64,000 bases of DNA from Terriglobia bacterium (GCA_963664115.2 CAXWPJ010000002.1:384001-448000); one strand, 5' to 3'; counted from the first letter of the stretch, positions 8,804 to 19,388 are shown. The notes: generated by a model not told the origin, from the sequence alone. Numbers and translations are program-made.

Positions 8804-9727
8804 ATGCTAGTGAAATTATTCAGTGTCATCTTAACCGTCCTTGGCATGGTGAGTACCGTCACTCCCACATCCGGCCAGACCACGAACAGTGATTATGACG
8901 TTACGGTCTTCGGGGCGCCGCCTAATGGTGAAGAAATCTGGGGCGATACGATATCGGTCGCTGCCGATGGCAAGGGATCCGTCCTCGTGCTCCGGCGCGC
9001 CGAACCACCCGTCGTGATTTTCAACCGTGAGGGAGAAGTTCAAAGCACCTGGGGCGATGGGTTGTTTCCTGATAAGCACAGTATTGACGTAGACGCGTCG
9101 GGCTTCGTCTGGATCACGGATCGGACCGACCATATGGTCTATAAATTCACTATGGAGGGAGAGCAGCTTCTCGCACTTGGAACCAAAGGCGTCGCGGGCG
9201 ACAACGACTCGACGGATGCCTTCAACCGTCCAAGTGACGTGGCCGTCGCGCCGAACGGCGACATTTTTGTGTCGGACGGATATGGCAACTCCCGACTCGT
9301 TCATTTTTCAGAAGAGGGCCAATTCATCAAGATCATCGGCGGCACCCAGGGAACAGGAACGGGCGAGTTCGATCTGCCGCACGGCGTGGTGTTCGATTCG
9401 AGGGGACGTCTGATTGTGCTGGACCGTCAGAACACAACCAAGACTCCACGTATTCAGGTGTTTGCTCAGGACGGGCGATTCATCGAGCAGTGGACCGATC
9501 TGGGCTTGATGCAACCCTCGGGCCTCGCGATTTCAGAAGATGACACTGTCTATGTCGGAGAAACCGATGGCGAGAAAATCACGATAATCAGGGACGGAAT
9601 CGTGGTCGGCGTGATCGGTGGCCTCGAGTCTCGAGCACACAATATCAATCTGGATCGTGGAACCGGGGCTCTTTACGTCGCCGACTCCAACTCCCCTGGA
9701 CAGATCAAGAAAGTCGTCAGAAAGTGA
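8804..9727 (+). CDS. NHL-repeat peptidyl-alpha-hydroxyglycine alpha-amidating lyase (PAL)-like protein
   Basis: Signal peptide; HSIDVD..WITD, FNRPSDVAV, SDGYGNSR, FDLPHG, DRQN..RIQVF, AHNI. Confidence 0.8.
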   Translation: MLVKLFSVILTVLGMVSTVTPTSGQTTNSDYDVTVFGAPPNGEEIWGDTISVAADGKGSVLVLRRAEPPVVIFNREGEVQSTWGDGLFPDKHSIDVDASGFVWITDRTDHMVYKFTMEGEQLLALGTKGVAGDNDSTDAFNRPSDVAVAPNGDIFVSDGYGNSRLVHFSEEGQFIKIIGGTQGTGTGEFDLPHGVVFDSRGRLIVLDRQNTTKTPRIQVFAQDGRFIEQWTDLGLMQPSGLAISEDDTVYVGETDGEKITIIRDGIVVGVIGGLESRAHNINLDRGTGALYVADSNSPGQIKKVVRK

Positions 9728-9774
9728 TCGATCGACGGTGGCGCGCGGTCTCTTAGTGGACCGCGCACTCCCAA

Positions 9775-10623
9775 CTAATTCGTAATACCTGTGCTTGCCG
9801 GATCCCGAATTCTTCTGTTGAACGTCTCCACCTCATCCAGGGGCGCGCAGATCTGTTCGGTAATTCCGGAATACAGGCCGTCCCAGCCGTAGTAGCTGGT
9901 GTAGTCGGGATTTTCCGTCTTATATAGGATAGGAAAGTCCCCACCCCAGGTCGCCGTGTAGTACGTCGGATCATGGAGCGTCAATCGAAGCTCCAGGGTC
10001 TCGGCGTCGATTCGCCTCCAACGTTCTTCGACCCGCGCTTCGAAACTGATCGGAAGACCCGTACGATCCAGCCATGCACTGTCATTGATACCAACAGTAT
10101 TGATAACGAGTGTGTCGCCTTCCCACTGACCTACAGAATGTCCGTACCACGCCGGACCAAGGTTGATGAGGTTGTCGCCCGAAGGTATCTCACGCCCGTC
10201 CAGCCAGATCTCACGCAGTCTGCGTTCCCACTGGGTGAATTGCAGTAACCTGTTGTCGGTGTGGATGAATTCAACGGTCTCATGTCGATCCAGAATCCGC
10301 GGAAAACCGAGTGGGTCACATTGAAAAATAGGATCGTTCGAATTCGTGGGTACGTCGGCTTCCTCGGCAGAGACACGGCCGCTCATCTTTGCCATGCCCG
10401 CCGGAGTCAGTGGAGGGTGACTCTCGTCCGGACCGAACAGACGCACGCCCCCGCGGCCGCCATTTCTATAGGTATAGTTGAACCAAAGCCCCGACAAATC
10501 CCGCGGATCGAACTCCCCTGACACGGCTTCCTGCGCAACAGGACCGGCCTGGACGGGCACGGCTCCGATCAGCAGGACCATTCCCACGACGGCAGCAATC
10601 ACAGTCACGAAACAACTTCGCAT
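9775..10623 (-). CDS. Uncharacterised secreted two-Cys protein (paralogue 3)
   Basis: DLSGLW, NDPIFQCDPLGFPR, GHSVGQWEGDTLV, ICAP; start moved to ATG 10623. Confidence 0.8.
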   Translation of the reverse strand: MRSCFVTVIAAVVGMVLLIGAVPVQAGPVAQEAVSGEFDPRDLSGLWFNYTYRNGGRGGVRLFGPDESHPPLTPAGMAKMSGRVSAEEADVPTNSNDPIFQCDPLGFPRILDRHETVEFIHTDNRLLQFTQWERRLREIWLDGREIPSGDNLINLGPAWYGHSVGQWEGDTLVINTVGINDSAWLDRTGLPISFEARVEERWRRIDAETLELRLTLHDPTYYTATWGGDFPILYKTENPDYTSYYGWDGLYSGITEQICAPLDEVETFNRRIRDPASTGITN

Positions 10624-10664
10624 CTTGAACCTCTCTTCTGTCAGCCTATCCCAAAGTGTCCAAC

Positions 10665-11495
10665 TCAATGTTGAGTATCACCATCAAAGATCGCATTGAT
10701 AGATGGTGCGCAAATCAACTCCGTAAGCCCTGAAAACATCCCGTACCAACCGTACACGGTCTGTTTCGCAGGATCATCACGCGTCCACCTCTTTATGTCC
10801 GAAACCCACGGAGTCTCATAATAGGTTGGATCATAGAGCGTCAACTGAAGCTCCAGAACGTCCGCTTCTGCCAGGCGATAGCGCTCTTCTATCCTCGCGT
10901 TGAAACTCTTCGGAAGCCCGAACGGATCCAACCACGCTCGGTCGTCCATACCGACCGTGTTGACGACCAGCGTGTCGCCTTCCCAGAAGCCCACTGAATG
11001 GCCGTACCAGGCCGGCCCGATGATATCGAGGTTCTCGCCCGAAGGCACTTCCCGCCCGTCCATCCACAGTTCACGAATGGCTCTCTCCAACTGGTGGAGC
11101 TGCAACAGACGGCCATCCACATGAATGAACTCAAAAATTTCTGGAGCCGTATCGACAAGAATTCGCGGAAAGCCTGTGGGGTTACACACTATAGTCGGAT
11201 CGTTAGACTGGCCTGGGAAATCGGCCACTTCCATGAAATCGACCCGACTGCCCCTCTGAGGAGTGATCGCCCGCGCCCTAGCTTCGCCCTCGGGCGTCAT
11301 CGCCGGGATGGTATCGCGGGGGCCGAAAGCACGATCTCCCCGCTGAACCCCGCCTCCACGGAACCAAATTCCGGAGAGATCCTGCGGATCGAAACTCTCG
11401 CCGCCCGATTGAGCTTGAGCATCGAGAGGTGCGAACGTCGCAACTAACAGCACCGACATCAACACGGCGCTCCACGTTCTGAAACAATATGGCAT
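10665..11495 (-). CDS. Uncharacterised secreted two-Cys protein (paralogue 4)
   Basis: DLSGIW, NDPTIVCNPTGFPR, GHSVGFWEGDTLVV, ICAP; AAGGAG SD before ATG 11495. Confidence 0.8.
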   Translation of the reverse strand: MPYCFRTWSAVLMSVLLVATFAPLDAQAQSGGESFDPQDLSGIWFRGGGVQRGDRAFGPRDTIPAMTPEGEARARAITPQRGSRVDFMEVADFPGQSNDPTIVCNPTGFPRILVDTAPEIFEFIHVDGRLLQLHQLERAIRELWMDGREVPSGENLDIIGPAWYGHSVGFWEGDTLVVNTVGMDDRAWLDPFGLPKSFNARIEERYRLAEADVLELQLTLYDPTYYETPWVSDIKRWTRDDPAKQTVYGWYGMFSGLTELICAPSINAIFDGDTQH

Positions 11496-11721
11496 CACTA
11501 CAATCTCCTTCGACTTCACTGTAGGGAGCAAAGGTCAAGACGACTCAACCCGCCCCGAACCGGTTCACACAGGGACAGCATAACGCCCTTTAATAACTTC
11601 TGTAAACGGAGACGGGATGTTTACAGCATAGGGACCACAATCCACCTGGCCGAATTCGCAGTCTGCCACTCAAAGGCTCCTGAAACGGTCAGTAAGGACG
11701 CGTGGCTCAGTCTTTTCCCGC

Positions 11722-12468
11722 TTAGTCCGAGACAGGCGGTGTGTCGGCTACCATGTCCCCGCAACCCGCACGGTTGGCCCAATAGTGCCATGCACGCCAC
11801 GTCTGCACCGAATGCGGTTTGTATACAGCCGCGCGCGCGGCAATCTCTCCCTCGGTAAGCGGTTTGAACTTGCCAAGCTGCATCGCGGCCAGTTGGACGC
11901 GCGCGTTGCGCGGCAGATAAACCGACAGCCTGACGACTTCGATCAGTGTGGAAGACGCCGCTGCGAATCCGTGCCCGCGCATCAGCGCCACGCTTTTATC
12001 ACCCAGACACTCGGCCAGGTCCTGTCCCTGTTCCAGCTTTGTCACCAGCAGGGTGGTGTCGTCGCCAAACTTGTCTGCGATATCCCAGACCGGAACTCGG
12101 CTTCCAATGAAACTGCCGGAGTGAACGACCGCCCCCAGGGGAACGTCCGAAATTCCGAAGGGCAATATGGCCTCGGCATGGGCATGGACGACCGCATTGA
12201 CATCAGAGCGTGACTGGTAGATCCCGCAGTGAATAAAGCGCTCAAGATAGGGCTGGCGTGTATCCTCGACCGGCTCGCCGTTTAAATAGAACTCCATCAG
12301 GTCGCCATGTTGGACCAGATCCGGAGGCAGAGAGCGGGACATGAAGAATCGCTCGGGGTTCTCAGGATGTCGAAAGCTGACGTGGCCGTACGCATCCACG
12401 ACGTCTTCCTTCGCGAGTATGCGGTTGGCCACAACAAGTTGGTTTAGCTCATGGTCTAATTTATTCAC
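11722..12468 (-). CDS. Class II aldolase/adducin-family metalloenzyme (decarboxylase-like)
   Basis: DAYGHVS, LERFIH, VVHAH, LMRGHG; GGAG SD before GTG 12468. Confidence 0.85.
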   Translation of the reverse strand: MNKLDHELNQLVVANRILAKEDVVDAYGHVSFRHPENPERFFMSRSLPPDLVQHGDLMEFYLNGEPVEDTRQPYLERFIHCGIYQSRSDVNAVVHAHAEAILPFGISDVPLGAVVHSGSFIGSRVPVWDIADKFGDDTTLLVTKLEQGQDLAECLGDKSVALMRGHGFAAASSTLIEVVRLSVYLPRNARVQLAAMQLGKFKPLTEGEIAARAAVYKPHSVQTWRAWHYWANRAGCGDMVADTPPVSD

Positions 12469-12777
12469 AGTCTCTCCATAAGGGAAAATTTCACTAGAAC
12501 GACGCCGAACCGACCTAGTATATACGGAGGCAGAATGGGACTGAAAGTCTGTATTCCAGTTCGTCTCGGGCGCGTAGTCCGGCTGTGAGGATCTCGTGTG
12601 ACGCTCCCGTCTCCCAGGGTGCGACGATCTGAGAGTATCCAATCTATTGCATTGGATGACCGGAACGGCTTCGTTTTTGTCCTGAGTTGATGGTTTGAGG
12701 TCGGCCGACGCAATCTTTGGTCTACACGATCATAAGGACGTGGATTGCGGAGTACGCTCGATGTGGACGAGAGCCGC

Positions 12778-13983
12778 TCAATCGGAAAGCAAGGCGTTCA
12801 GCTGAACAAACCGCTCATCTCCGCTGATGAAGTCAAAGATCGAATCCTCAAGCAGGTCGGATTGTGTGAACCCCTCTTCATACGCCCGATACAGTAACGA
12901 AATCGCCCGATCCCCATCACCGACATTCGCGAAAACCTTCGCAAGGTAGAAGCTCACCATGGGCTGGCTGTCCTGAGGTTGCCGGACCATGGTGCCAAAT
13001 CCTCCGCCAGAATTATCGAACAACGTCGGATCCAGACGCAGCGCCGCGATGAAAAAGACCAGGCCATCTTCATAGCGTTCAAGGGCAAACAAACAATAGC
13101 CGAGGTTCTGTAGAACAGTCGGCGATTCCGGATTGATGATCAATGCCCTTCTGAAATACCTGCGCGCCGTATCATAACGTTCCCGACTCATCTCAATTGA
13201 TCCCAGATTGTTCAAAGCGGGCAAGAAATACTCGTTCGCGTCAAGAGCTCTCCGATACTGCCTTTCCGCGTTTCGGACATCCTGATTCTGGTGATAGGCG
13301 ATACCGAGCTTATTGATCAGCCTGGCATTGTCCCGGTCGATGTCCAGCGCGTCCTCATAAACTTCGGTCGCTTCCGAAAAAAACTTCCGCGCCATCAGTG
13401 AATCCCCGCGAATTTCCTGCATTCTTAAGTCTTCGATCACCTCCGCCGACATGAGCAGCACTACGCGAATCAAGTCGCCTTCGACGCTGTCGATTAACAA
13501 TAGATTCTCGACATAATTCGCGTTGATCACGGTACTGACGGAACGGCTGTTCCTTCGGGCGTACCTGGCAGCGCGAAGATTATCTTGAAGGAGAGCGTTC
13601 TCAGGATCCCGCTCAAGCGCGTCCTCGAAGCGGTCTGCCGCCTCACCAAAGTCACGCCGCGCGTAATAAATCGCCCCAAGGTTATTATGGCCCGCCGCTA
13701 CGTCCTCAGCCTGATCCCGAACATGCCGATAGATACCCTCGGCTTCCGCGAGCCGGTCAAGGAGGTGATACGACGACCCGAGTCGGGTGTGGACTGTGGG
13801 CTGCAGTTCTATATCAGCGATATTTTCAAACGCAGAAATCGCTGCTTCGTAATCCGCAGCTTCGAAAGCGCGGTTCCCCATGGCGATGTAATCGGGCTGC
13901 TGCGGCTCAACTGCCTGACCCAACAAGGTTGCGGCGGGTAGAGCGACCAGTAACAACAGGCTGATCTTAGCGGCGTATTTCAT
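12778..13983 (-). CDS. Exported tetratricopeptide repeat protein
   Basis: Signal peptide and repeated NNLG/NKLG/QNLG TPR units. Confidence 0.85.
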   Translation of the reverse strand: MKYAAKISLLLLVALPAATLLGQAVEPQQPDYIAMGNRAFEAADYEAAISAFENIADIELQPTVHTRLGSSYHLLDRLAEAEGIYRHVRDQAEDVAAGHNNLGAIYYARRDFGEAADRFEDALERDPENALLQDNLRAARYARRNSRSVSTVINANYVENLLLIDSVEGDLIRVVLLMSAEVIEDLRMQEIRGDSLMARKFFSEATEVYEDALDIDRDNARLINKLGIAYHQNQDVRNAERQYRRALDANEYFLPALNNLGSIEMSRERYDTARRYFRRALIINPESPTVLQNLGYCLFALERYEDGLVFFIAALRLDPTLFDNSGGGFGTMVRQPQDSQPMVSFYLAKVFANVGDGDRAISLLYRAYEEGFTQSDLLEDSIFDFISGDERFVQLNALLSD

Positions 13984-14084
13984 AGGAATGCTCCTTCCGA
14001 AATTTTAACACTCCACACCGTCCAGGGACGAACCCTATCGAAGGGATAAAATTCACGTCGAGGGGCCGATCGCCCTCTTTAACT

Positions 14085-16076
14085 CTAAACAATCTCCAAC
14101 TGCCTTTCCTTAAGCGCTTTAGCGCGGTCACGCAACTCGGCCGCGCGTTCAAACTCAAACCTCCGGGCCGCCTCCCGCATCTCTTCCTCGATCTCGGCTA
14201 TCCGTTGCACCAATTTCACAGGATCGTCAATATTGTCGTCCTCCGCCACGCGGAGTGGAATCGGGTCAGAATAATCCGCTTCAGTTACCGAGACCAGCAG
14301 CATGTCGATGGGCTTCATGATCGTTTCCGGCGTTATCCCGTTTTCTTTGTTGTAGTCGAGCTGAATGTTCCGCCTGCGATCGGTTTCCTCGATCGCCTGT
14401 TTCATGGATCCGGTCACAGTGTCCGCATAAAGAACTGCCATACCATTGACGTTACGTGCAGCACGTCCCATGGTCTGAATCAGTGCACCACTGGACCGCA
14501 AAAACCCTTCCTTGTCGGCATCGAGAATAGCAACAAGCGAGACCTCGGGCAGGTCGAGGCCTTCCCTCAGCAGATTGATCCCGATCAAGACGTCGAAATC
14601 TCCGCGACGGAGTCCTCTCAGAATCTTGATACGCTCCAGCGTTTCTATTTCGGAGTGGAGATAACGGCAGCGAACTCCAACTTCGGTGTAATACTCCGCC
14701 AGGTCTTCCGCCATACGTTTGGTCAGCGTTGTCACGAGCACCCGCTCTCCCACCCCAACGCGTTCCCTGATTTCATGAAGCAGATCGTCGATCTGCCCGT
14801 TGACAGGACGCACTTCTATCCTCGGGTCGGTAAGACCCGTCGGGCGAATGACCTGTTCGACCACGACGCCCGCAGATTTGGTCAACTCGTAGGGGCGCGG
14901 TGTCGCGGAGACATAGATCACCTGGTTGACCCTCCCCTCGAACTCGCCAAAGGTCAGAGGACGATTGTCCAGCGCTGACGGGAGGCGAAATCCGTATTCA
15001 ACCAGATTGGATTTTCGAGACTGGTCCCCCTTATACATTCCTCCGATCTGCGGCACCGTCTGATGGCTTTCGTCGATAAACATCAAAGAATCCACGGGCA
15101 GATAATCGAGAAGCGTGGGTGGAGGCTGACCCGGAGCCCGGCGGGTGAGGTGTCTGGAATAGTTCTCAATTCCATGGCAATAACCCACTTCCTTGATCAT
15201 TTCCAAATCAAATAGCGTTCGCTGATGCACGCGCTGCGCTTCCAGCAATCGACCCTGACGCTCGAGCAAGGCCTCCCAATCTTTGAGTTCGGCACGTATG
15301 GTTTGAATGGCTGACTCGATGCGCGAACGCGGCATCACGAAGTGGCTCTTCGGGTATACGGTCAAGCGCTCCAGGACATCGATAACATCTCCGGTGAGCG
15401 GATCGAAGGTGCTCAGTTTCTCAACGTCGTCGCCCCAGAGTTCAATTCGATAGCAAATGTTTTCATAGGTGGGATAGATTTCGACCGTGTCTCCCCGAAC
15501 CCTGAACATCCCGCGCTTAAAGTCAATGTCGTTCCGCTCGTAGAGAATTTCCACGAGCTTGGACAACACTTCACGCCGGGACACATGTTGCCCCCGCTCC
15601 AACATAAGAAGCATGCCGAAGTAAGCTTCGGGTGAGCCGAGACCGTAAATACACGACACCGACGCGACGATCAACACATCGCGACGTTCAAACAGAGACC
15701 GTGTTGCCGAAAGGCGTAAGCGGTCTATTTCATCGTTGATCGTCGATTCCTTCTCGATGTACGTGTCCGTCGTCGAGATGTAGGCTTCCGGCTGGTAGTA
15801 GTCGTAATAGCTCACGAAGTACTCAACCGCGTTCTTTGGGAAGAACCCCCGAAACTCATGATAGAGCTGTGCAGCCAAAGTCTTGTTGTGAGCCAGAACA
15901 ATCGTGGGCCGGTCGAGGGCTTCGATCACTTTGGCCATCGTGAAGGTCTTACCCGAACCGGTCACACCCAGGAGCACCTGATGCTGCTCCCCGTCACGGA
16001 GGCCACGGACGAGTCCGTCAATCGCAGTTTCCTGGTCACCTCGCGGCGCGTATGCTGATGCAAGTTCGAAGCTCAT
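14085..16076 (-). CDS. uvrB: Excinuclease ABC subunit B
   Basis: [40 protein letters not shown]-terminal FERAAELRD. Confidence 0.98.
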   Translation of the reverse strand: MSFELASAYAPRGDQETAIDGLVRGLRDGEQHQVLLGVTGSGKTFTMAKVIEALDRPTIVLAHNKTLAAQLYHEFRGFFPKNAVEYFVSYYDYYQPEAYISTTDTYIEKESTINDEIDRLRLSATRSLFERRDVLIVASVSCIYGLGSPEAYFGMLLMLERGQHVSRREVLSKLVEILYERNDIDFKRGMFRVRGDTVEIYPTYENICYRIELWGDDVEKLSTFDPLTGDVIDVLERLTVYPKSHFVMPRSRIESAIQTIRAELKDWEALLERQGRLLEAQRVHQRTLFDLEMIKEVGYCHGIENYSRHLTRRAPGQPPPTLLDYLPVDSLMFIDESHQTVPQIGGMYKGDQSRKSNLVEYGFRLPSALDNRPLTFGEFEGRVNQVIYVSATPRPYELTKSAGVVVEQVIRPTGLTDPRIEVRPVNGQIDDLLHEIRERVGVGERVLVTTLTKRMAEDLAEYYTEVGVRCRYLHSEIETLERIKILRGLRRGDFDVLIGINLLREGLDLPEVSLVAILDADKEGFLRSSGALIQTMGRAARNVNGMAVLYADTVTGSMKQAIEETDRRRNIQLDYNKENGITPETIMKPIDMLLVSVTEADYSDPIPLRVAEDDNIDDPVKLVQRIAEIEEEMREAARRFEFERAAELRDRAKALKERQLEIV

Positions 16077-16194
16077 GGAAAACCTACATTCTAACAGCTT
16101 AAGACCCGAAGACCGCCAGCTGGCTGTTCTTGACACACATCGACCCATCGCCTAATCTCAACGATCTGACTTGTGAAATTTTCGCCTTTAGTAC

Positions 16195-17025
16195 GTGGCC
16201 TATGTTGTGCAATTGACGGATTTTCTCGAAAGCGTGACTCCTGAAGTCCTCGGCGCTATCTGGTGCCCTTCCTGCCGCTCGGAAACTCATCTCGAAAGTA
16301 ACGATGACTCGCTGCAGTGTCCGCAGTGCGGGCTCAGGTATCCGTTCCGTGAGGGATATCTGGACCTCTTACCCCACTACGAAGAACGAATCACGCCCAT
16401 CCAGCATCTCCTTCAATTTAAACCGGCAATCCTCCTTTACGACAACATCTGGAGGCCCGCTGGCTATTTTCTGACGAGCGGACGATCGTTTTCCACGGAT
16501 CTCGTCGGGATCACGAAACTGATGGCGCCGGAACGGCATCGGCTGGTTCTCGATCTGGCATGCGGACCGGGTAATTTCACGCGTAGCGTTGCCCGCTGCG
16601 ACGAGCGGATCCAGGTCGTCGGGTTTGACCTGGCGCGCGGGATGCTCGAACGCGCGGGACATCTCACAGCGCAAGAAGAATTCCCGAACGTTCAGTACAT
16701 GCGGGGCAGCGCACTGTCACTACCGTTCCGCCCCGGAGTGTTCGACGGCGTCATCTGTTGCGGCGCTTTGCAACTGTTCACCGATTATGACCGGTCGCTG
16801 GCCGAAATCTCGCGTGTCCTGAAGGCGGGTGGCGAGTTCGTATGCCAGACCATAGTCTGCCCCAAACCCGCCCCTCTATGGCTTGATATGGCAGACCGTT
16901 TGATGAAATTCGGCCACTTCAAGATGGACGAGTTCAAGCGCCAGCTCAACGAGCTGCAACTCAACATACTCGATGAAGAACTCTCCCGGGCCAGCTTTAT
17001 CTTCCGGGCCGCGAAGGCATCGTGA
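16195..17025 (+). CDS. Class I SAM methyltransferase with an N-terminal Trm112-like Zn ribbon
   Basis: CPSC...CPQC; VLDLACGPG; LPF...FD; EISRVLKAGG. Confidence 0.85.
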   Translation: MAYVVQLTDFLESVTPEVLGAIWCPSCRSETHLESNDDSLQCPQCGLRYPFREGYLDLLPHYEERITPIQHLLQFKPAILLYDNIWRPAGYFLTSGRSFSTDLVGITKLMAPERHRLVLDLACGPGNFTRSVARCDERIQVVGFDLARGMLERAGHLTAQEEFPNVQYMRGSALSLPFRPGVFDGVICCGALQLFTDYDRSLAEISRVLKAGGEFVCQTIVCPKPAPLWLDMADRLMKFGHFKMDEFKRQLNELQLNILDEELSRASFIFRAAKAS

Positions 17026-17085
17026 AGTTATCAGTTCAGAGTCAAAAGCTGGAAATTCCCAGCTCTTAATTGATAAGGTTCAACT

Positions 17086-17703
17086 TTAATAGGTAATGAT
17101 GGCGCCTTCCGGATCGAGAGCTATTGCATCAATACCCCATGGGATTAGAAAGCCCTCATCAAGGTCGACCCTGGGAAATCGAGGTTTAACGAACTGATCG
17201 ATCAGCACCTCGACCACTGCAATGGGAACGGGAAAACCGTCCACACGGACCTGCTGCAGCTGGAACGTGCCTTCCCCCGCGTGACCCTCCAGAGCCCCTT
17301 TCACGAACAGGCTGTGCGGATTTTGCAGAAGGATATCTACGATGGGGTTGCCCGAACCTTCCTGAGTATCGAAACGCAATTCTGTAAAGGCTGAAATCGT
17401 ACCTGACTCTATAGTCACATCGATCAACCGCACTCGGGCGGGAATCTCATCCTTCATAGAGAAGAAGACAAAAGATTCCATTTCGACATCCGTTACCCGG
17501 ATTGACGTTGCGGCGCCCGGATCTCGGGTGGCAGAGCTTTCGGCCTCTCGTATCGCAACGATCTTGCCCCATAGTGAATCTGCGGCACCCGGAGATACAT
17601 TCGGAGGGGTCGTCTCGGAAGATTCCTGAGCTTTAACAGAACCGGCGAGAAAAACACCAAAAAGGACTGCGACCGAGCAAAGCGATAGCCGAACGGCGGG
17701 CAT
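17086..17703 (-). CDS. Hypothetical exported protein
   Basis: Signal peptide; starts 3 bp after lepB on the same strand. Confidence 0.7.
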   Translation of the reverse strand: MPAVRLSLCSVAVLFGVFLAGSVKAQESSETTPPNVSPGAADSLWGKIVAIREAESSATRDPGAATSIRVTDVEMESFVFFSMKDEIPARVRLIDVTIESGTISAFTELRFDTQEGSGNPIVDILLQNPHSLFVKGALEGHAGEGTFQLQQVRVDGFPVPIAVVEVLIDQFVKPRFPRVDLDEGFLIPWGIDAIALDPEGAIITY

Positions 17704-17706
17704 GAG

Positions 17707-18471
17707 CTACTGGATGATCATGAACGTTCGATTCCAGCGGGTCTTAGTAAAGAAGTTTGTTCCCAGTTCCACGATTTGGCTCAAGCGGTCACCCACTGCT
17801 GTCTGCAAGTATTCGTCCGAATCCGTTTCATAAGACCAATAAATGATGAGTGCCTTGCCGACGATGTCCGCAATTGGGACAAAGCCCCAGTATCGGCTGT
17901 CCGAGCTGTTGTCACGATTGTCACCCATGGCGAAGTAGTGCCCCTCGGGCACGAGGATCTCATCGTCAACCATGTAGTCCTCGTACCAGTACGGATCCTG
18001 GTCCACCCCGCCATAGCGGCGTCCCGGATGCGGCCGTGGCGGGAAAAAATCCCTGAACGGATCCGCATAGGCGCCGGGCGGACTGACGTGCATCTTGTAG
18101 GGCTCGTCCAAAAGCCGGCCGTCAACGAAAACCTGCTGGTCAACGATCCGGACCCGGTCCCCTGGCAGACCAACGACCCTCTTCACGTAGTGCTTGGTGA
18201 GATCTTTCGGGTATCGAAACACAATCACGTCTCCCCGATCAACCTGATTGAAAGGAAGTACCGCATCGATCCAGGACCCTGGAGTTCCGAACGTGAACTT
18301 GTTAACGAGAAGGTGGTCGCCGACGAGAAGGTTGTTCTCCATCGACGGTGTCGGGATTTTAAACGCCTGAACGATGAACGTCGTCCCGAACAGCGCCAGG
18401 ATAACCGTAATTACGAGTGACTCGAAGTACTCGCGGGGGACGGATTTTTTGTAGGTCTGTTCGTCTGTCAT
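17707..18471 (-). CDS. lepB: Signal peptidase I
   Basis: IPTPSM (catalytic Ser), YVKR (catalytic Lys), GDNRDNSSDSRYWG. Confidence 0.96.
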   Translation of the reverse strand: MTDEQTYKKSVPREYFESLVITVILALFGTTFIVQAFKIPTPSMENNLLVGDHLLVNKFTFGTPGSWIDAVLPFNQVDRGDVIVFRYPKDLTKHYVKRVVGLPGDRVRIVDQQVFVDGRLLDEPYKMHVSPPGAYADPFRDFFPPRPHPGRRYGGVDQDPYWYEDYMVDDEILVPEGHYFAMGDNRDNSSDSRYWGFVPIADIVGKALIIYWSYETDSDEYLQTAVGDRLSQIVELGTNFFTKTRWNRTFMIIQ

Positions 18472-18663
18472 TGTGCCTGTCGAATCATCAGCAAACGGCC
18501 AACAGGTGATCAGGCCATGCCCCGGACTTAGACACTATATCGTTTCTACTCAATTTGTTCCAGCCAAGAGACCTGCAGGAAGAGTCGTCCGACCGGTCAG
18601 CAGGGTCAATGAGCGAAAGACTTCCCTACTTCCTGCGGATAGACCGCGTCTACGCAGAACGGG

Positions 18664-19368
18664 TCAGAAATCTGCATCTGTCTTCAGCAAGTCCATGGCC
18701 TGCATCGCTGCCGCCTGTTCAGCCGCCTTCTTAGTCAGGCCCCGGCCCTCGGCGACGGCGACATCGTCGATCAAGACTTCGACGGTAAAGAGCTTCTCGT
18801 GATCCGGACCCAGAGCATCGATCAGCTTGTAATCGGCCGGCTTCTGGCCGCGAGTTTGAAGACCCTCTTGCAGTGCCGACTTGAAATCAGGAACATGACC
18901 GGCCGCGTCCGTAATCTCGTTGATTTGTACGGTGAAGAACCGAAGAATGATGTCCCTGACGCGTTCCACTCCGGCGTCGAGATATATAGCAGCAATGAGC
19001 GCCTCAAAGGCGTTCACCAACAACGCCTGCTTCCCCCGGCCCCCGGTCTTTTCTTCTCCCTTACCCAGACGCAGGTAGTGACCTAAGCGGATTTGCTCGG
19101 CACACTGAACGAGGTTCGCCGAGCTTACTAGAAATCCTTTCAACTTGGATAGCTGTCCCTCACTCAGGTTTGGCCTGGCCTCGCAAAGCGCTTCGCTTAC
19201 CAAGAACCCGAGGATAGCGTCGCCGAGGAATTCCAGCCTCTCGTTGTCCTCCATCGGGCCAAGGTTGTTCTCGTTAGCGAATGAACTGTGAGTCAGAGCC
19301 TGCTCGAGCAACTCGCGGCGTGCGAACCGGTAGCGAAGTATCTGCTCCAGTTCATCCAGGTGATTCAT
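18664..19368 (-). CDS. rnc: Ribonuclease III
   Basis: NERLEFLGDA signature and C-terminal dsRBD (GPDHEK.F, KKAAEQAAA). Confidence 0.97.
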   Translation of the reverse strand: MNHLDELEQILRYRFARRELLEQALTHSSFANENNLGPMEDNERLEFLGDAILGFLVSEALCEARPNLSEGQLSKLKGFLVSSANLVQCAEQIRLGHYLRLGKGEEKTGGRGKQALLVNAFEALIAAIYLDAGVERVRDIILRFFTVQINEITDAAGHVPDFKSALQEGLQTRGQKPADYKLIDALGPDHEKLFTVEVLIDDVAVAEGRGLTKKAAEQAAAMQAMDLLKTDADF

Positions 19369-19388
19369 CAGTGCAACGAGTCCAGATA

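Noticed and set aside
17026-17085. TTATCAGTT..AATTGATAA imperfect inverted repeat between convergent genes
   Set aside because: Too short and degenerate to distinguish from an ordinary terminator remnant
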